This document shows, piece by piece, positions 13,134 through 27,193 of a stretch of 64,000 nt of DNA. The notes under the pieces were generated by a model, which was given only the letters and a program-made list of their open reading frames with translations, was not told where the DNA came from and ran no database searches. A program made the position numbers and the translations under genes. Numbering within the stretch: the stretch's first letter is position 1; each line of letters begins with the position of its first letter. This stretch comes from Amphiscolops sp. MND2022. Lineage: Eukaryota. Location: assembly GCA_964187785.1 (NCBI GenBank), contig OZ076409.1, positions 87,050,001 through 87,114,000 of the forward strand. The letters are read 5' to 3'.

Positions 13134-14007
13134 TTCTCCTATCAAACATCATTTATCTCGTTTGGCAATTGTGTCAAACTTCCAATTTAATAATCAGTAA
13201 AAAGACAGTTCGAAGTAGTGGGTTGCGTTGCAAAAGTTTCTCTGAAAAGTGTTTCGGATTCAATTTAAATCGCCATATGGGAACTTTGTTTATGAAAGAA
13301 AGTTTGTCGGAAAAAACTACGTTCGAAAAAAAACCACCTTGAATCCACATAAAAAGCTCTTGTTTTCAGTTGATTATTATTTTTATCGATACCAAATCAT
13401 TTTTGTTGCATTTCCTTAATGATCTTTCAATTTTCTCACGGTGAATATCTTACAGTTTTTCAGTTTTTTTGAATTAGCAATGTTTGCACCGAAAAATTAT
13501 TGGTTAATTATCTCAAAAATGAACGTTTGAGTTTTTTAAAGAAGATTCAGAATCAAAGTTCGAGGAATTTTCAAAACCTCGACAGTGGGTTTGTCCTCAA
13601 ATGAGGACAGCGAATTTTTTTGCAATCAATAAAAAAATAACGAAACACAAAAAACAAACTGGAAAACAAAAAAGGTTTCTCATCTGCAAATTATTAGACT
13701 AACTAGGGTGAGATCTTTTTTATGTCAATATAGTTGTTTCAAGCCACCGCCAAAAAAGTAACTAGAAGAAAAACAAGTTTTTTTAAAAAAAATAATTTGA
13801 AAAAAAGCTTTTTCCCAATAACTTAGCATAGCATCTGTTTGCTAAGTTACTGCCCCACTTTAGTAGGCCACCATTTAAAACGCACATGGAAACTTTTTCA
13901 ATGAAGCTTCAGTACGACTGGCATTTAATAAGCTTCCACGATTCAGAGACCTTTTTTTCCAAACACAGAATACATAAACCAACGGAAAACATTTTGTATG
14001 AATTATA

Positions 14008-16460
14008 TGTCACAGTCCGCTCCCGGACTGGATTGCGGATGCAGGAGAGTCGGATATGGACGGCTGTACAGCAAAACTCATGAAAAGGTATTTTGGATAT
14101 TAACTCAAACTCTAAACTTAACCTCAAAATAAACTGTAACTAAAGAATGCAAAATATACGTCTGTAGTGCGCAAATCTCAAACGAAAATGAAAACAGAGA
14201 GTAAAATGAACTAAAATGATTTTTCACGCATTTCCGGCAAGACGAGTTTGCCACGTCAAAGTAGAAACATTTGCCACCTGAAAACTAAATTAAAACTTGC
14301 CTTAAAATAAGGAAATCACAAATTGTTCTATATGAGAACATATTCAAAATCGTCTCCAAAAAGAACATCAATCAGATCTAAAATAGAAAATACATTGAGA
14401 TGGCACGCCGAGGAAAATAAGCCTTTTCTAAGAACGGCAGCTTAATAGCACTTTGAACAGCAATTAGTGCGATTTAGGACGGCAACACTGCGATAAGTAA
14501 ACAAGGCAGCGCTAGAAATAAGGATACAAGTATTTGTCGTCAGTAAGACGCAGACAAGTTTTGAAGGTATACCAATTGACGTCACTGCCTCGTCTATACG
14601 TACCGGAAAACCATTCCGATTATCCGCCTATATCAATGGCCTAACTAGAAATCATTACAATTTACCGCCAATGTGACGTCACGACTCTGGCAGCTAGCTA
14701 GAAGCTCATTTCTGAAATACTCGTCAGCATTGCGTCAAACAAGTCAAAATCTCAGCTCTGCCAAGAAAACTCGTCAACGTGACGTTGACAAGTTTATGAA
14801 ATTAGATGATTTAGATAAATCCGCTCAGTTAAGTTGAGGAAAATACGCTAATATTACGCCAAAAATCTATCAAAATAAGCTGTTTTAACCCTTCCAAGGA
14901 TAGTAAAATGAACACTCAACTTAACGAGATTAGTATGAGGGAATCGATTGTTTTAATTCAGCTTCAATTAAAAGAGTAAGGTTTAGCGAATTGCGTCCAT
15001 TTTTCGTCAACTAAAATATTGTTCACCTAAAATCACACTAGGAAGCAATTTTAAATTAGATTTTTCGGTATTTTCTGGAGGTGAGAGTCACAGTTTATAT
15101 TCTTGTTGTTATGTAAGCAACTATGTTTTATTACATGCAATATTTTTGCACATCATCGGCGTTGTGAAGTTTAGATTTGCTATTTGGTAATTTTGTACCA
15201 ACTCATTTTTGTATGACGTTGTGATCATGTTGCCTCTTGTCTGAGGAATTCATGAACCCGCTAATTTCGTCAAAAGCCATATTCTATTGAGTGGTAATTC
15301 ATGAAAATGGTTTTTAACACCGAAGTGCATTCATATCATAACGCTACGTTTGAAGTTCCTTGTTACTGTTGAAGTTAATTTATAAACTTGTCGCACTTGT
15401 CGCGTCAAGCCGAAATTGTTGATAATGTACGTATGCAAACATTAAAGATTGCAAACTTAGTTTCACTTAACACCACAAGGATTGAGTCCAAATCCATTCG
15501 AAAAATTTTCCTAGCATTATTTAGAGAATCGTAATTTGGAAGTTAGTCATCACTTTTGATCAAGCTGAATTTCAAAATCAAGTATTAGTTGTTCACGTCA
15601 GCGTCATCTCAGCGTCAGTTTCCTGCGAACCGAAGCAGTAAAACAGGGAATGATTTCCGGTTTGACAGACTGAAGTAATATCTACTTCCTGCTTGGAATG
15701 AAGCAAAAGGATGCCGGAATGAAATGATATGTTCGTGATAAGTGACTAATACCGAAAATTGTAGTCATGTCTTAAAATTAGACAAAATGTCGACGCAAAC
15801 TTGGGATCGTAATGATTTTTCACCGATAAAACAGGAAATGACTAATTGTTTGAAGGAAATTAGGGATTTTAGTCGTGATCAATTGAGGCTAGGAGGGTAT
15901 AAATATGATGCGTTTTATTGTTTAAGGGACTCAGTTTTTCCTGATTGTGAAAATCAGTTGCTCTGTAACTTGTTCGTTTCTCAATGAACCTCATTCAACT
16001 TTGTTGAAAAATACTCAGAAGATGAATTGAATTCATCTGAAGCAAATCTTTCTCCACCAAAATGTCTACCACAAGGAGCCAAAAGAGAAGAAACAACCAA
16101 CAAGAGGCTATTGAAAGTGTAAGTGAAGGTTTTGTTTCACCAGTTGAAGTGGAAAATTCATGTCCTTCAGATCAGGACGTAAGCGTTGCGGCCCGTCTAA
16201 ACCAAAATCTCCCAGTATCGAAGGTAGTTTCTTGGAAAGTTTAAGGGCTTCTTCGAACGAAGAGATTACTTCCGAAATCAAGAATCGCCTTGTAGAGTCT
16301 CAGAAAGAAATGCTGAGACTACTTAAACATGAAACAAGAGAAAACGTAAGAGAAAATGTCGAAGAAGAAACATAGAATGAAACGAGGAGTTTCTAAATTC
16401 CTACAAAATCAGTTAGAATTAATTCTACTCATAACAACGACCCGTGTAGTAGTCGTAACA
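14008..16460 (+). repeat. 5' LTR (2453 bp)
   Basis: Direct repeat of ~25097-27193; starts TG, ends CA immediately before the PBS. Confidence 0.9.
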
Positions 16461-17520
16461 TGGTGTCAGGAGTCCTAACCGACTCCACAAACCACCCGAA
16501 AAGACCGAAAATAAGGTCTCAAAGCCAACCAGTGTCAAAAGAGCGTCCTGCGGTAGCCAGAACACTATTTGGAACAGAAAAGATCGACAACCTCTTGCTA
16601 CCCATGCCAAAAACCCCAACGGCATCACTCCCAACGTTTGACGGGAAATCCGAAAAATTCGAACTTTTTGAGGATTTTTTCCCGCAACAATATCAAAATG
16701 TTTCCACACCTCACGGAACTCCAAAAAATTAACTACTTTCATTCCCTACTCCGTGGAGACGCACTACAAGCGTTTTGAAACATAGAGGATTCGAAAAAAC
16801 TTGTTAGAGGAGGAAATCATGACTATTTTCAAACGCCGTTTTGGCGACTACTTACCAATGGCAAAAGCCAGATGCGAATATTACGCACTCAAATTTGATC
16901 CCTTCACGCAAAAACTACACGAAGTTTTGGACGTCCTCCAAAACACCGCCGAAGAAGCCAAGCCTGCGGATCAGAAGCCCAAAAATTCATCGACAAAGCT
17001 ATATATGCCAAGATGCCCGACCACGTTAAGAAGATATTAAACATGGCAAACCTCGAAGACAAACCGTACAACGACATCGTACTCCACTAGAAAGAGAGAT
17101 GTGACTCAATGGCCTTGGAGCTCCAGATGAGGTCACTTTGGTCCCTTTAAAAAAATAGAACCTGCTAAAACAAAACCTGAAATCAAGCCAGCTGAAAATG
17201 CTACCCAAAATACTACTCAAAATACTAAAAAAGGATACTGTTTCTACTGCAAAAAATTCGGTCACTTCAAAGCAGAATGCCGAAAAAAGAGAAGAGATAA
17301 ATGGCAACAGACACGAAGAAACAACGGCCAAACCGAAAATAGTGCAGGCACCACGCTTAAATTTGATACTTGCGGCAATCCTCATAAAACGGAAAATTGT
17401 TGGAATGGAGCCAACTCGGCCAACGATCCGAGGCCTAAGCGACACTTCCAACAAGAAAGGAAGACGAAAACTTCTGCCCAACAAACGACAGCTAAATTTG
17501 GAGATGAAACAAAAAACTAG
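16062..17520 (+). pseudogene. gag: gag (frameshifted), starting inside the 5' LTR
   Basis: MSTTRSQKRR... reads across the LTR/PBS junction; LPTFDGKSEKFELFE capsid-like motif; CCHC knuckle CFYCKKFGHFKAEC at 17239; stop TAG 17518-17520. Confidence 0.85.
16461..16473 (+). promoter_or_regulatory. Primer-binding site, tRNA-Leu type
   Basis: TGGTGTCAGGAGT directly after the LTR, complementary to the 3' end of eukaryotic tRNA-Leu(CAG). Confidence 0.8.
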
Positions 17521-20500
17521 TTACCCAGGGCCTGCGCTTTGGGGAAACAGTAGACGCGAGGGCGTATTCAACAGAGGATGCCCCTACCACATACGCTAAT
17601 GACACAACAATAGAATGCAATGGTACACCAACCGAAGACTGGTTAAGACGACAAGCACTCGCCTCGATAAGAAGACCACTCCCACAACCAGAAAAGAAGG
17701 AAAGCAATGCCCAAGATAAAGACTATAGAGGCGACCGTAAACATCACATAAACCATCTCGTCTAGTCTCCTCTCAACACCAAAGACCAATCGATTGCAAC
17801 ACAAGTAGAACAAAATGAAAACGCTCCTGACGACCAACTATCGTCACAATCAACAGAGGAAGATAATTACGGCGCCACCAAGAAATCCATCTTCCCACAC
17901 AGTTTCCCCACCTCACTCACTTCAATCAAAGAGTACGTAACCGAAAAAGACGGAAGCACTTATATGCCACTACACTCGACAATACCGCTCAAAAAACGAC
18001 GAAGGACGCTCTATCTGCCACTTGGGTTCGGCAAAATTACAATGGATGGACTTGTCGACTCAGGAGTGTTCATCAACGCAATGTCATAGTCAGATTACAA
18101 CGCAATCAAAATGAACAGTGATAACTGCATCATAAAGGAGTATCCCCAACCTCATTTCAAAAATGAATGTGAAAACGCCCAGCTAGAACAAGCAATAGCC
18201 ACCGCTGATATACAATTCAACATAGGGACGTACACATTCACAGACACCTTCGTCATCCTCTCGAAGACGTCTTTCCCAATAATAGGGCTGAATTCCATGA
18301 GAAACCACCAAACGGTACTAGATACAGCAAACGGTACCATCAACTTCCCGCACGTCAAAATGACGTTGGCCATGACAGACGAAATGATAAACTGTAACCC
18401 GAAACCGCTCCAAATAATGGCAGAGGGAAATTAAACGCTATCACCACAACAAACAACAACAGTGAGTGCAATAGTGATCACCACGAACACAAACGATGTC
18501 ACTGGGACGGTACAGCCTTTGCCACAATTCGACGAGACAGCTATCATCATCGTCGCACCAGCGTTGGCAACAGCCCACAACAAAAGAATCAATATCCGAA
18601 TAGCCAACCTGACGGATTTCCCACATATAATAAAAAACCACACCAAACTGGCAGAGCTAAAAATCCTTAAACCTGAAAAAAAAACAAAACAAATACGACC
18701 AATTGACGCTGCCGCACTCAAACTACTACAAGACCCTGATGACACCCACATATATGTGAATGAGCTCAATAAATCCAGCGAAAAGGAACAAAGCGGTGAG
18801 AATTTCTGGTTCCCTACACCCGAGAATCCAGGGAAAGAGAAATTTCTCGACATGTTTCAATGGGAAGGATCACGAATTGAAACAGACGATAGAAAGCAGC
18901 TTGAACAAACAATAATCGAATATAACGACATCTTTGCGCGTCACCGACTCGACATCGGCATCAACAACAGCTTCAAAGTGAAACTGACGCCGAAAAACGA
19001 GCGTCCAATCTACACACAAAGTCTGCCCGTACCAATAAACTTGAAAGAAGACCTAACAGTCGAGTCGGCACTATTGCACAGATACGGCATAATAACAACT
19101 CTACCATTTTCAAAATATGCAAGCCCAATTTTCGCACAACGAAAACCAAATGGCAAGTTACGCCTACTTGTTGACCTACGGAAAATCAATGCATTGATAT
19201 CAGACGACTATATCAACAACAATCACCCAGTCAGCAATTGTCAGATGCAGCTCAACATCTAGCTGGGAAGAAACTGTTTTGTAAATTAGACTGCTCTCAG
19301 GCATACCATTGCCTGCAAATGGCAGATCAGAGATCAATCGAAGTGCTAGCCCTCATTTTCGCAAGCAGGACGTTCGCCAACAAGCGCTTAGCACAAAAGA
19401 CTCAGCAGGGCTTTATCAGCATTTTCGAGCTTCATGAGAGAATATTTGGACAAAGTAATTAAAGCCGACCAGTGCGCGCAATACGTGGATGCCATTAGAA
19501 TAGCTGCCAATACGGTGACGCAACTGATACGAGACATCCGAGCTGTCTTCGAGTGCTTCAGACAAACAGGACTCAAACTATCCATCGACAAATGCCATTT
19601 TGGAGTAACTGAGATCGAATTTCTTGGAAGGACCGAAACACCGCAAGGGATCGCCCCCAAGACCATAAAATCCAAAAATTCTTAGCGAACGTGCAATTCC
19701 CGAAATCAAAGAAACAAGTGCAACGATACATAGGCTTTGTCAACTACTACCGCAACTACATCCCGCGGTTGTCAGAAAAACTACTTGGCTTCTACGAACT
19801 ACTGGAAGCAGACAAACAGATCAAAGTAACAAAGGAATTGCTAGAAAACTACAAAGCGATCAAGGCTGCGCTAGCAGAAGCATGCGGATTGGCCCTCAAA
19901 CAACCAATCACAGGACGTCAAAACGTCCTAATGACGGACGCTAGTTTTCGCGCCTCAGGGTATGCACTAATGATTGAAGAAGACAATGACAAAAAACTCA
20001 ATTCCAAAAAAACCTTTTGCCCCTGTAGCGTTCGGTTCAAAGGTGTTTTCATAAGCGCAACTGAAAATGTCAATTTACTGTAAAGAATCCTTGGCAATCT
20101 ACCATGCTTTCCTAGAATACAGCCATATCTAGTGAGAAACAAATATACCAACCCTTGTAATGACCGACAATAGATCGGTAACGAGGTTTTTCCAAACAAA
20201 AGTGATTCCCCCCACACTATGGAATGCGTGCAATTACGTGCTGCAATTCTATTTTTACATCATGCACGTAGCGGGAACGCAAAAGACAGCAGCCGACTTT
20301 CTATCAAGGATTGACCTCAATCCCAAAGAAAGAGTTGAACTAAAGATCAGAGACGACATCACCAATTCGACCAATCCAAGTAAACCTGCAATCTACAGCC
20401 GTCGCAGATGAAGAACAACTTTTCTTCCTTCCAGATGAAACAATCGAAACTGAGGAAGAAATCCTTTTGCAGAAAGAACAAGCTAGATACACTGCGCGCG

Positions 20501-22341
20501 ATGAAGTGACGACAAAAATAAAACTGGCCATACAAAAAACCACCCCAATTCCGATAACCAAGGTATCATACACCTTTGGGGCAATGAGAGAAGACGCGCG
20601 TATGAGAGTAGACCAAGACTCAGACCTAGTCTTCAAAGCAATCAAAAAGAAACTGATATGTGAAGAACAAGACAAACACATCATACAAACTGATCCGACA
20701 ACCAAACGTCTTTTGGTCCACGAAAATAAACTAATTTCAAAGACGGCACACTAATGCGCAAATACTACGGGGAATGTGGACAAGTCACACATCACCAAAT
20801 ATTAATCCCCAAACAGCTGGTCACAAAACTTTTGAAAGCTATCCATGGACAGATGGGAAAACATCCAGGGATCACAAAAATGATCCAAGAATGCAGATCA
20901 AAATATTATTACCCAGGATTAGCAAAAAGAATCAAACAATGGGTAATGCAATGCGAAGACTGCATCAAGTACAAAAGCCAAATCCGACCGAAAATGATCA
21001 ACAATACAGAACATACTTTGGGACCGGAAGACATACTCGAAATTGACATACTGCCGAATCTACCAAACTCTGCAGGATACCAGAACATCGTCACAATGAT
21101 CGATGTTTTCCCGCGTTACCAGTTTGCATATCCAACGCAAAACGCAACAGCAAAGAAAATTGGACGGTGCATTGTCAACGTCATGACAAGACATGCATAC
21201 CTACCAACAAAAATCATATCAGATAAATGTTCACAACTCAGATCAGAAGTCGTCGCCGAAATGACGCGAATACTCGAAATCCAAATTAGTCACGCGTCTT
21301 CGAAACATGCACAAACGATTGGAATTTTGGAAAGTACACACGCTTCAGTCAAAACCGCACTAAAATATCTACGGGTGAAAGACGTTCAATGTGGCTCAAA
21401 TTTGTCCAAATTGCAGTCATGAACTATAATACAACGTATCATGAAATTCTAGGGTGTGAACCATCCACGGTATTCCACGGACGCATACCCTACAACGTTC
21501 TCGACCTTAAGTTAGGCATCAAACAAAAGTGGAAAACTACGCCCAACTCAGATATAGCGGAGCACCTACAAAAACAAATTGACGAAGTGCGAGCGACAGC
21601 AAAGGACAACGTCATGCTGTCTTACCTCAAATACGAAAAATACTACGACCGCAAAGCATCTGCAGCCCCGCTCAAAATAAATGATTACTGCTACATCCTT
21701 AATCCGAAAGCCGACATCCAGTAGACAAAGTTTGCCTTCCGAGATTGCATCTGGACAAGACCGTACATAGTTATAAAAAGTCTTATCAAATAACAACTAT
21801 ACGATACGCAATTGGCACGAGATACACACAGACACTACACAGTATCCGCATACGACCTTACGTGCCAGAACAACGTATGCAGGACATCACAGTACGAGCC
21901 AACGAATATCTTCCTGACCCAGACGCTAAGGTGTCGCACAATGAGTGGTACGCAGTATCGTGGGAAATGGAATTCGGAATACAGATTGACGAACACGAGA
22001 CGTCAGAAATAGCAAATAACAATCAACAAGTAGTAAAACAGGAAGTGACAAACACACATGACGCAACGACAACGCAACAAATAACGGACAACCAGACAGA
22101 AGACACGAATGACGCAGCACCGTCATCCCCCGGAGTTTTCGAATCTTTTTACAGACGTTAGGGATAATCCATACATACGACGCCCCCACCCATTGGAAGT
22201 CCGCCTGTCCCCCCAAGATCGCCACCTACAACCGCCGGATATAACCCGAGAAAAATAGCAAAGTACAACTTGAGACCTAATCCTAAACCTAATGCTAATC
22301 CTGACTTCAGACGACTTGACGCTATGACTACTACTCACTAA
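17521..22341 (+). pseudogene. pol: pol (aspartic protease, RT, RNase H, integrase) with many frameshifts and stops
   Basis: LVDSG protease (~18050); RT motifs RLLVDLRKIN, KLDCSQAYH, QYVDA (YVDD mutated); RNase H LMTDAS; H2C2 zinc finger and rve core (EIDIL...IISD...ILE). Confidence 0.92.
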
Positions 22342-22597
22342 TAAGGAAAAAGATAGTATCAGGAAACCAGACCGAACCGATCTGACAATTTTCAATTCAA
22401 AGGCATACTACGGCTTTTTATTTTTTTCCTCTCAAAACTCCATGACTCTTTTAGCTGCTTCTTCTATTTTCTCCTACGCCATTTATGACGTTACTACGAG
22501 CTCTAATTCTACAAATAACTGCCCGAAGACAGAAACAGATGACAATAAAACAAAATATATACAATACAACAGCAGTTTAAAACAATAGAAACAAAAA

Positions 22598-24665
22598 TCA
22601 ATAGTTCTTCCATGAAGAAGCCCCGCTCTTGCCCACAGACTTAGCAGACTCTTTCTTACTTTTCTTCGTCCCAGAGTCGACAGTTTCTTTCACGCTCCTT
22701 TTTCGCCCAAACAATGACGCTAGACTACTGTATTTCTTTACTTTACTACGACGACCAGAACTCGTTCCACTGCTGCCTTGAATGACAGCACTTGCGCTAG
22801 CAACAGAAGAATCACCACTTTCCGAACACGTCATAGCTGTTCGAACACGAACATCCACAACAAATGACAAAAATTCCTCAGTGGCAGCACTAGCCTCGAC
22901 ATCACTCACCACTTTACATTGTCTCAGTAGCGCGAACAGATCATTGAAAAGACCAAAGATAATCTCATCTCTGCCTTCCAGCAAAAACTCGGGACAGAAA
23001 CAATAAATATAGCGCGTGAAATCCGAAGATGCATGGCATTGAGCCAGAATAACATCCACAAATCGATCAATGAAATCGGGACACTGACGACGGAACTCTC
23101 GCGACTTACCACCTTTGAAACTGCGCCAAGTACTGCCAAAATCGTAGTTCACCAGGAAATCGTCAGACGATTTTTTCTCCAGATCGGCGGCCTTGGAAGA
23201 GTCCATGTAGTCATCCCGCGAGTTCAATGGAGGCAGGGATGTACTGTTACGACTGCGCGACAACAATCCATACACGACCTGACTCAACTCCACGAAGAAA
23301 TGAAAACTATAGTCAGCGCGTCCAGCACGCCGTTTCTCGAATGAAACTGCATCTAAAACACAGCAGGAAATAAAATACAACACTACAACGAGATTTTGAC
23401 GGTATAACAAAAACGGAACTCCAAATATGTGATAATACGAAACCTATGCCGACCCACCCAACCCAACCCAATAAAACAACTCATGACAAACCACATTTTC
23501 ACCTTAACTCCCATAGCAACCCAAGGAGAACCCACCTTATTGACCTTGCATCTAGCATGTCCTCGATCGTGAATCGCACAAATTCTCGCACAATTTTCCA
23601 ATTGGCCACGAGATCTGACATTACCAGACGCAGATCCGCAAATGCCACGTGGCCAGCAAGCACACAACGACGAAGGGTGGGAGCTCTTTCCATCCACCAC
23701 TTCTGAAGCGCACCCCGCAAACGCAATACCAGAAAGTCAACCATGGATGTAACATCGAGTCTGCCGAAGATCTCTTGGTCGGCCTGACGATAACCTCGTA
23801 TGAAGTCATCATCGGCGAACTCATGGCAATACAGAAACTGCCGACCTTCGATGCGATTGTCATTCAAAACATGCAGAAGTGACACACTGCCAGCCTGGCA
23901 TGACAAAGGCAGCTGGCAAGAAGGCACACTGTCCTCAATACGGGAAAGCAGAGCCAATTCAGAAGCAGGTACACGCTGGCCAGCAGACTTCACGCGAATG
24001 CAAACAGAGAACGGGCATCGTCATCCCAGGTATAGACGAAACACTCCTGAGTCGCGGCATTGTTGACAAAGAAGACACTATACTCCCGAAAGGACGAGAT
24101 CCGAGAGACAAGTGACCGCAACACTCGAGGAAACAGAGCTTGGCAAATCAGCGACTAAAAACAGAACAGAATCATCAAAGCAACACGAACAAATGCCCCT
24201 ACTTCAGTCAAACAACCATGAACACTCACATACATGAAGCCACAAATGCACGAAACAACTTACCAAAGTTTCGGAACGGTGCCACTTCAGGCTGACACTT
24301 GGGCCTCACGTAACTCCATGGGTTCCATCAGCCGATCGAAAATAGGGAGGACGTGTTGCACGCGATACGTCACGTCCAATTGCCAATGCCGCTTCCCAAA
24401 GAAATGACGCGCAAACTCTGACGCCCCACGTGATTCCATCGATACATCCCGATGACAAATTGTACAGAAGAAAAACTTGTCCGACCCCGTACTTGAACCA
24501 CAGCAAACAGCTGTAAGATGGGATTGTCACCGACCATACCGCGGCGAAGACGATGCCGAGGACTATACACTCGTCTGCGCTGACGTTGTGGACCCGAGAC
24601 TCCTTCCAAAATCGTCTCCACCCGAGTCACAAGCTCTTGGAACCCTAAATCCACAGGAAACACCT
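22598..24665 (-). pseudogene. Antisense accessory gene of the Gypsy element, probably spliced, function unknown
   Basis: Colinear minus-strand ORFs of 97, 164 and 270 aa between pol and the 3' LTR; candidate introns 24263-24155 (GTAAGT...TTTTTAG) and 23502-23353 (GTGAAA...TTTTAG). Confidence 0.55.
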
Positions 24666-25096
24666 ACAGCGTAACGCTAACCAACATTCGAATATCAAAC
24701 GAAGAACATGCCATGTGTTTTTCACCACGAACTAACGCTGAACCTATACACACAAATTACCTAATTCATATGGCTGCCAACATACAATAGACCCAGAAGC
24801 ACCAAGATACAAATCTCACAAGATAAGACAAAATAGGAAGAAAACGCTGAATACATACAGAAAAACAGATGCTAACCCCGTACAAAATCCTTCGGAGTCC
24901 ACTCTAAAATCAGGGAGGAAAGACGAAAAACGAGGTGAAGTCGTCTTGCGACCTTCCGATTCAACAGTCACACCTGGGGAGCCCTTTCAGCAGTCGCACT
25001 TTCAACCAGTACGGGGGGATCACCCTCACCTGCATGAGGGCGCTGAGAAGGAAATCAACTTCAAAAACGGAACGTCAAGCTCCTCCTGACAAGTAA

Positions 25097-27193
25097 CAGA
25101 CTCACGAAGGTATTTTGGATATTAACTCGAACTCTGAACTTAACCTCAAAATAAACTGTAACTAAAGAATGCAAAATATACGTCTGTAGTGCGCAAATCT
25201 CAAATAAAAAACGAAACAGAAAGTAAAATGAACTAAAAAGATTTTTCACGCATTTCCGGTAAGACGAGTTTGTCACGTCAAAGTAGACACATTTGCCACG
25301 TGAAAACTAAATTAAAACTTGCCTTAGAATAAGGAAATCACAAATTGTTCTAAATGAGAACATATTCAAAATCGTCTCCAAAAAGAACATCAATCAGATC
25401 TAAAATAGAAATACATTGAGATGGCGCGCCGAGGAAGTTAAGCCTTTTCTAAGAAAGGCAGCTTAATAGCACTTTGAACACCAATTAGTGCAATTTAGGA
25501 CGGCAACACTGCGATAAGTAAACAAGGCAGCGCTACGTGACGTTGACAAGTTTATGAAATTAGATGATTTAGATAAATCCGCTCAGTTAAGTTAAGGAAA
25601 ATACGCTAATATTACTCCAAAAATCTATCAAAATAGGCTGTTTTAACCCTTCCAAGGATAGTAAAATGAACACTCAACTTAACGAGATTAGTATGAGGGA
25701 ATCGATTGTTCTAATTCAGCTTCAATTAAAAGAGTAAGGTTTAGCGAATTGCGTCCATTTTTCGTCAACTAAAATATTGTTCACCTAAAATCACACTAGG
25801 AAACAATTTTAAATTAGATTTTTCGGTATTTTCTGGAGGTGAGAGTCAGAGTTTATATTCTTGTTGTTAAATAAGCAACTATGTTTTATTACATGAAATA
25901 TTTTTGCACACCAACGGCGTTGTGAAGTTTATATTTGCTATTTATTAATTTTTACCAACTCATTTTTGTATGACGTTGTCATTATGTTGCCTCTTGTCTG
26001 AGGAATTCATGAACCGCTATTTTCGTCAAAAGCCAGACTCAATTGAGTGCTATTTCTTAAATATGGTTATTAACACCGAAGTGCATTCATATCATAACGC
26101 TACATTTGAAGTTCCTTGTTACTGTTGAAGTTAATTTATGAACTTGTCGCACTTGTCGCGTCAAGCCAAAATTGTTGACATATTTTGTATTCAAACATTA
26201 AAGATTGCGAACTTAATTTCATTCTAACACAAGGATTGAGTCCAAATCCATTTTCCTAGCATCATTCAGATAATCGTAATTTGGAAGTTAGTCATCACTT
26301 TTGGTCAAGCTGAATTTCAAAATCAAGTATTAGTTGTTCACGTCAGGGTCACCTCAGCGTCAATTTCCCGCGAACCGAAGCAGTGAAACAGAGAATGATT
26401 TCCGGTTTGGCACTCTGAAGTATTATGGGAGGTAGCAAAAGGACGCCGGGATGAAATGGTATGTTCGTGATAAGTGACTAATACCGAAAATTGTGGTCGT
26501 GTCTTAAAATTTGACAAAATGTCGACGCAAAATTGGGATCGTAATGATCTTTTCACCAATAAAACAGGAAGTGACTAATTGTTCGAAGGAAATTTGGGAT
26601 TTTAGTCGTGATCAAATGATGCTAGGAGGGTATAAATATGATGCGTTTTATTGTTTAAGGGACCTAGTTGAAAATCAAATTGAAAATCAGTTGCTCTGTA
26701 ACTTGTTCGTTTCTCAATTCACCTCATTCAACTTTGTTGAAAAATACTCAGAAGATAAATTGAATTCATTTGAACCAATCTTTCTTCACCAAAATGTCTA
26801 CCACAAGGAGCCAAAAGAGATGAAACAACCAACAAGAGGCTATTGAAAGTGGAAGTGAAGGTTTTGTTTCACCAGTTGTAGTGGAAAATTCCTGTCCTTT
26901 AGATCAGGACGTAAGCGTTGCGGGCCCGTCTAAGCCAAAATCTCCCAGGATCGAAGGTAGTTTCTTGGAAAGTTTAAGGGCTTCTTTGAAAGAAGAGATT
27001 ACTTCCGAAATCAAGAATCTCCTTGTGGAGTCTCAGAAGGAAATGCTAAGACTTCTTAAACCTGAAACAAGAGAAAACGTAAGAGAAAATGTCGAAGAAG
27101 AAAGAGAGAATGAAACGAGGAGTTTCTACACCCCTACAAAATCAGTTAGAATTAATTCTACTCATAACAACGACCCGTGTAGTAGTCGTAACA
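25097..27193 (+). repeat. 3' LTR (5' end missing or diverged; 263-bp internal deletion)
   Basis: Matches the 5' LTR from ~14072 onward; lacks 14515-14777; ends AGTAGTCGTAACA. Confidence 0.9.

Larger units (their letters stand above)
14008..27193 (+). mobile_element. Full-length but degenerate Ty3/Gypsy LTR retrotransposon (13.2 kb)
   Basis: TGTCAC...GTAACA ends; TSD TTATA (14003-14007 and 27194-27198); two long direct repeats; PBS; gag-PR-RT-RH-IN order. Confidence 0.93.

Noticed and set aside
18462..18670. Possible dUTPase between the Gypsy protease and RT
   Set aside because: Beta-rich spacer common in Gypsy pol; dUTPase catalytic motifs not recognisable
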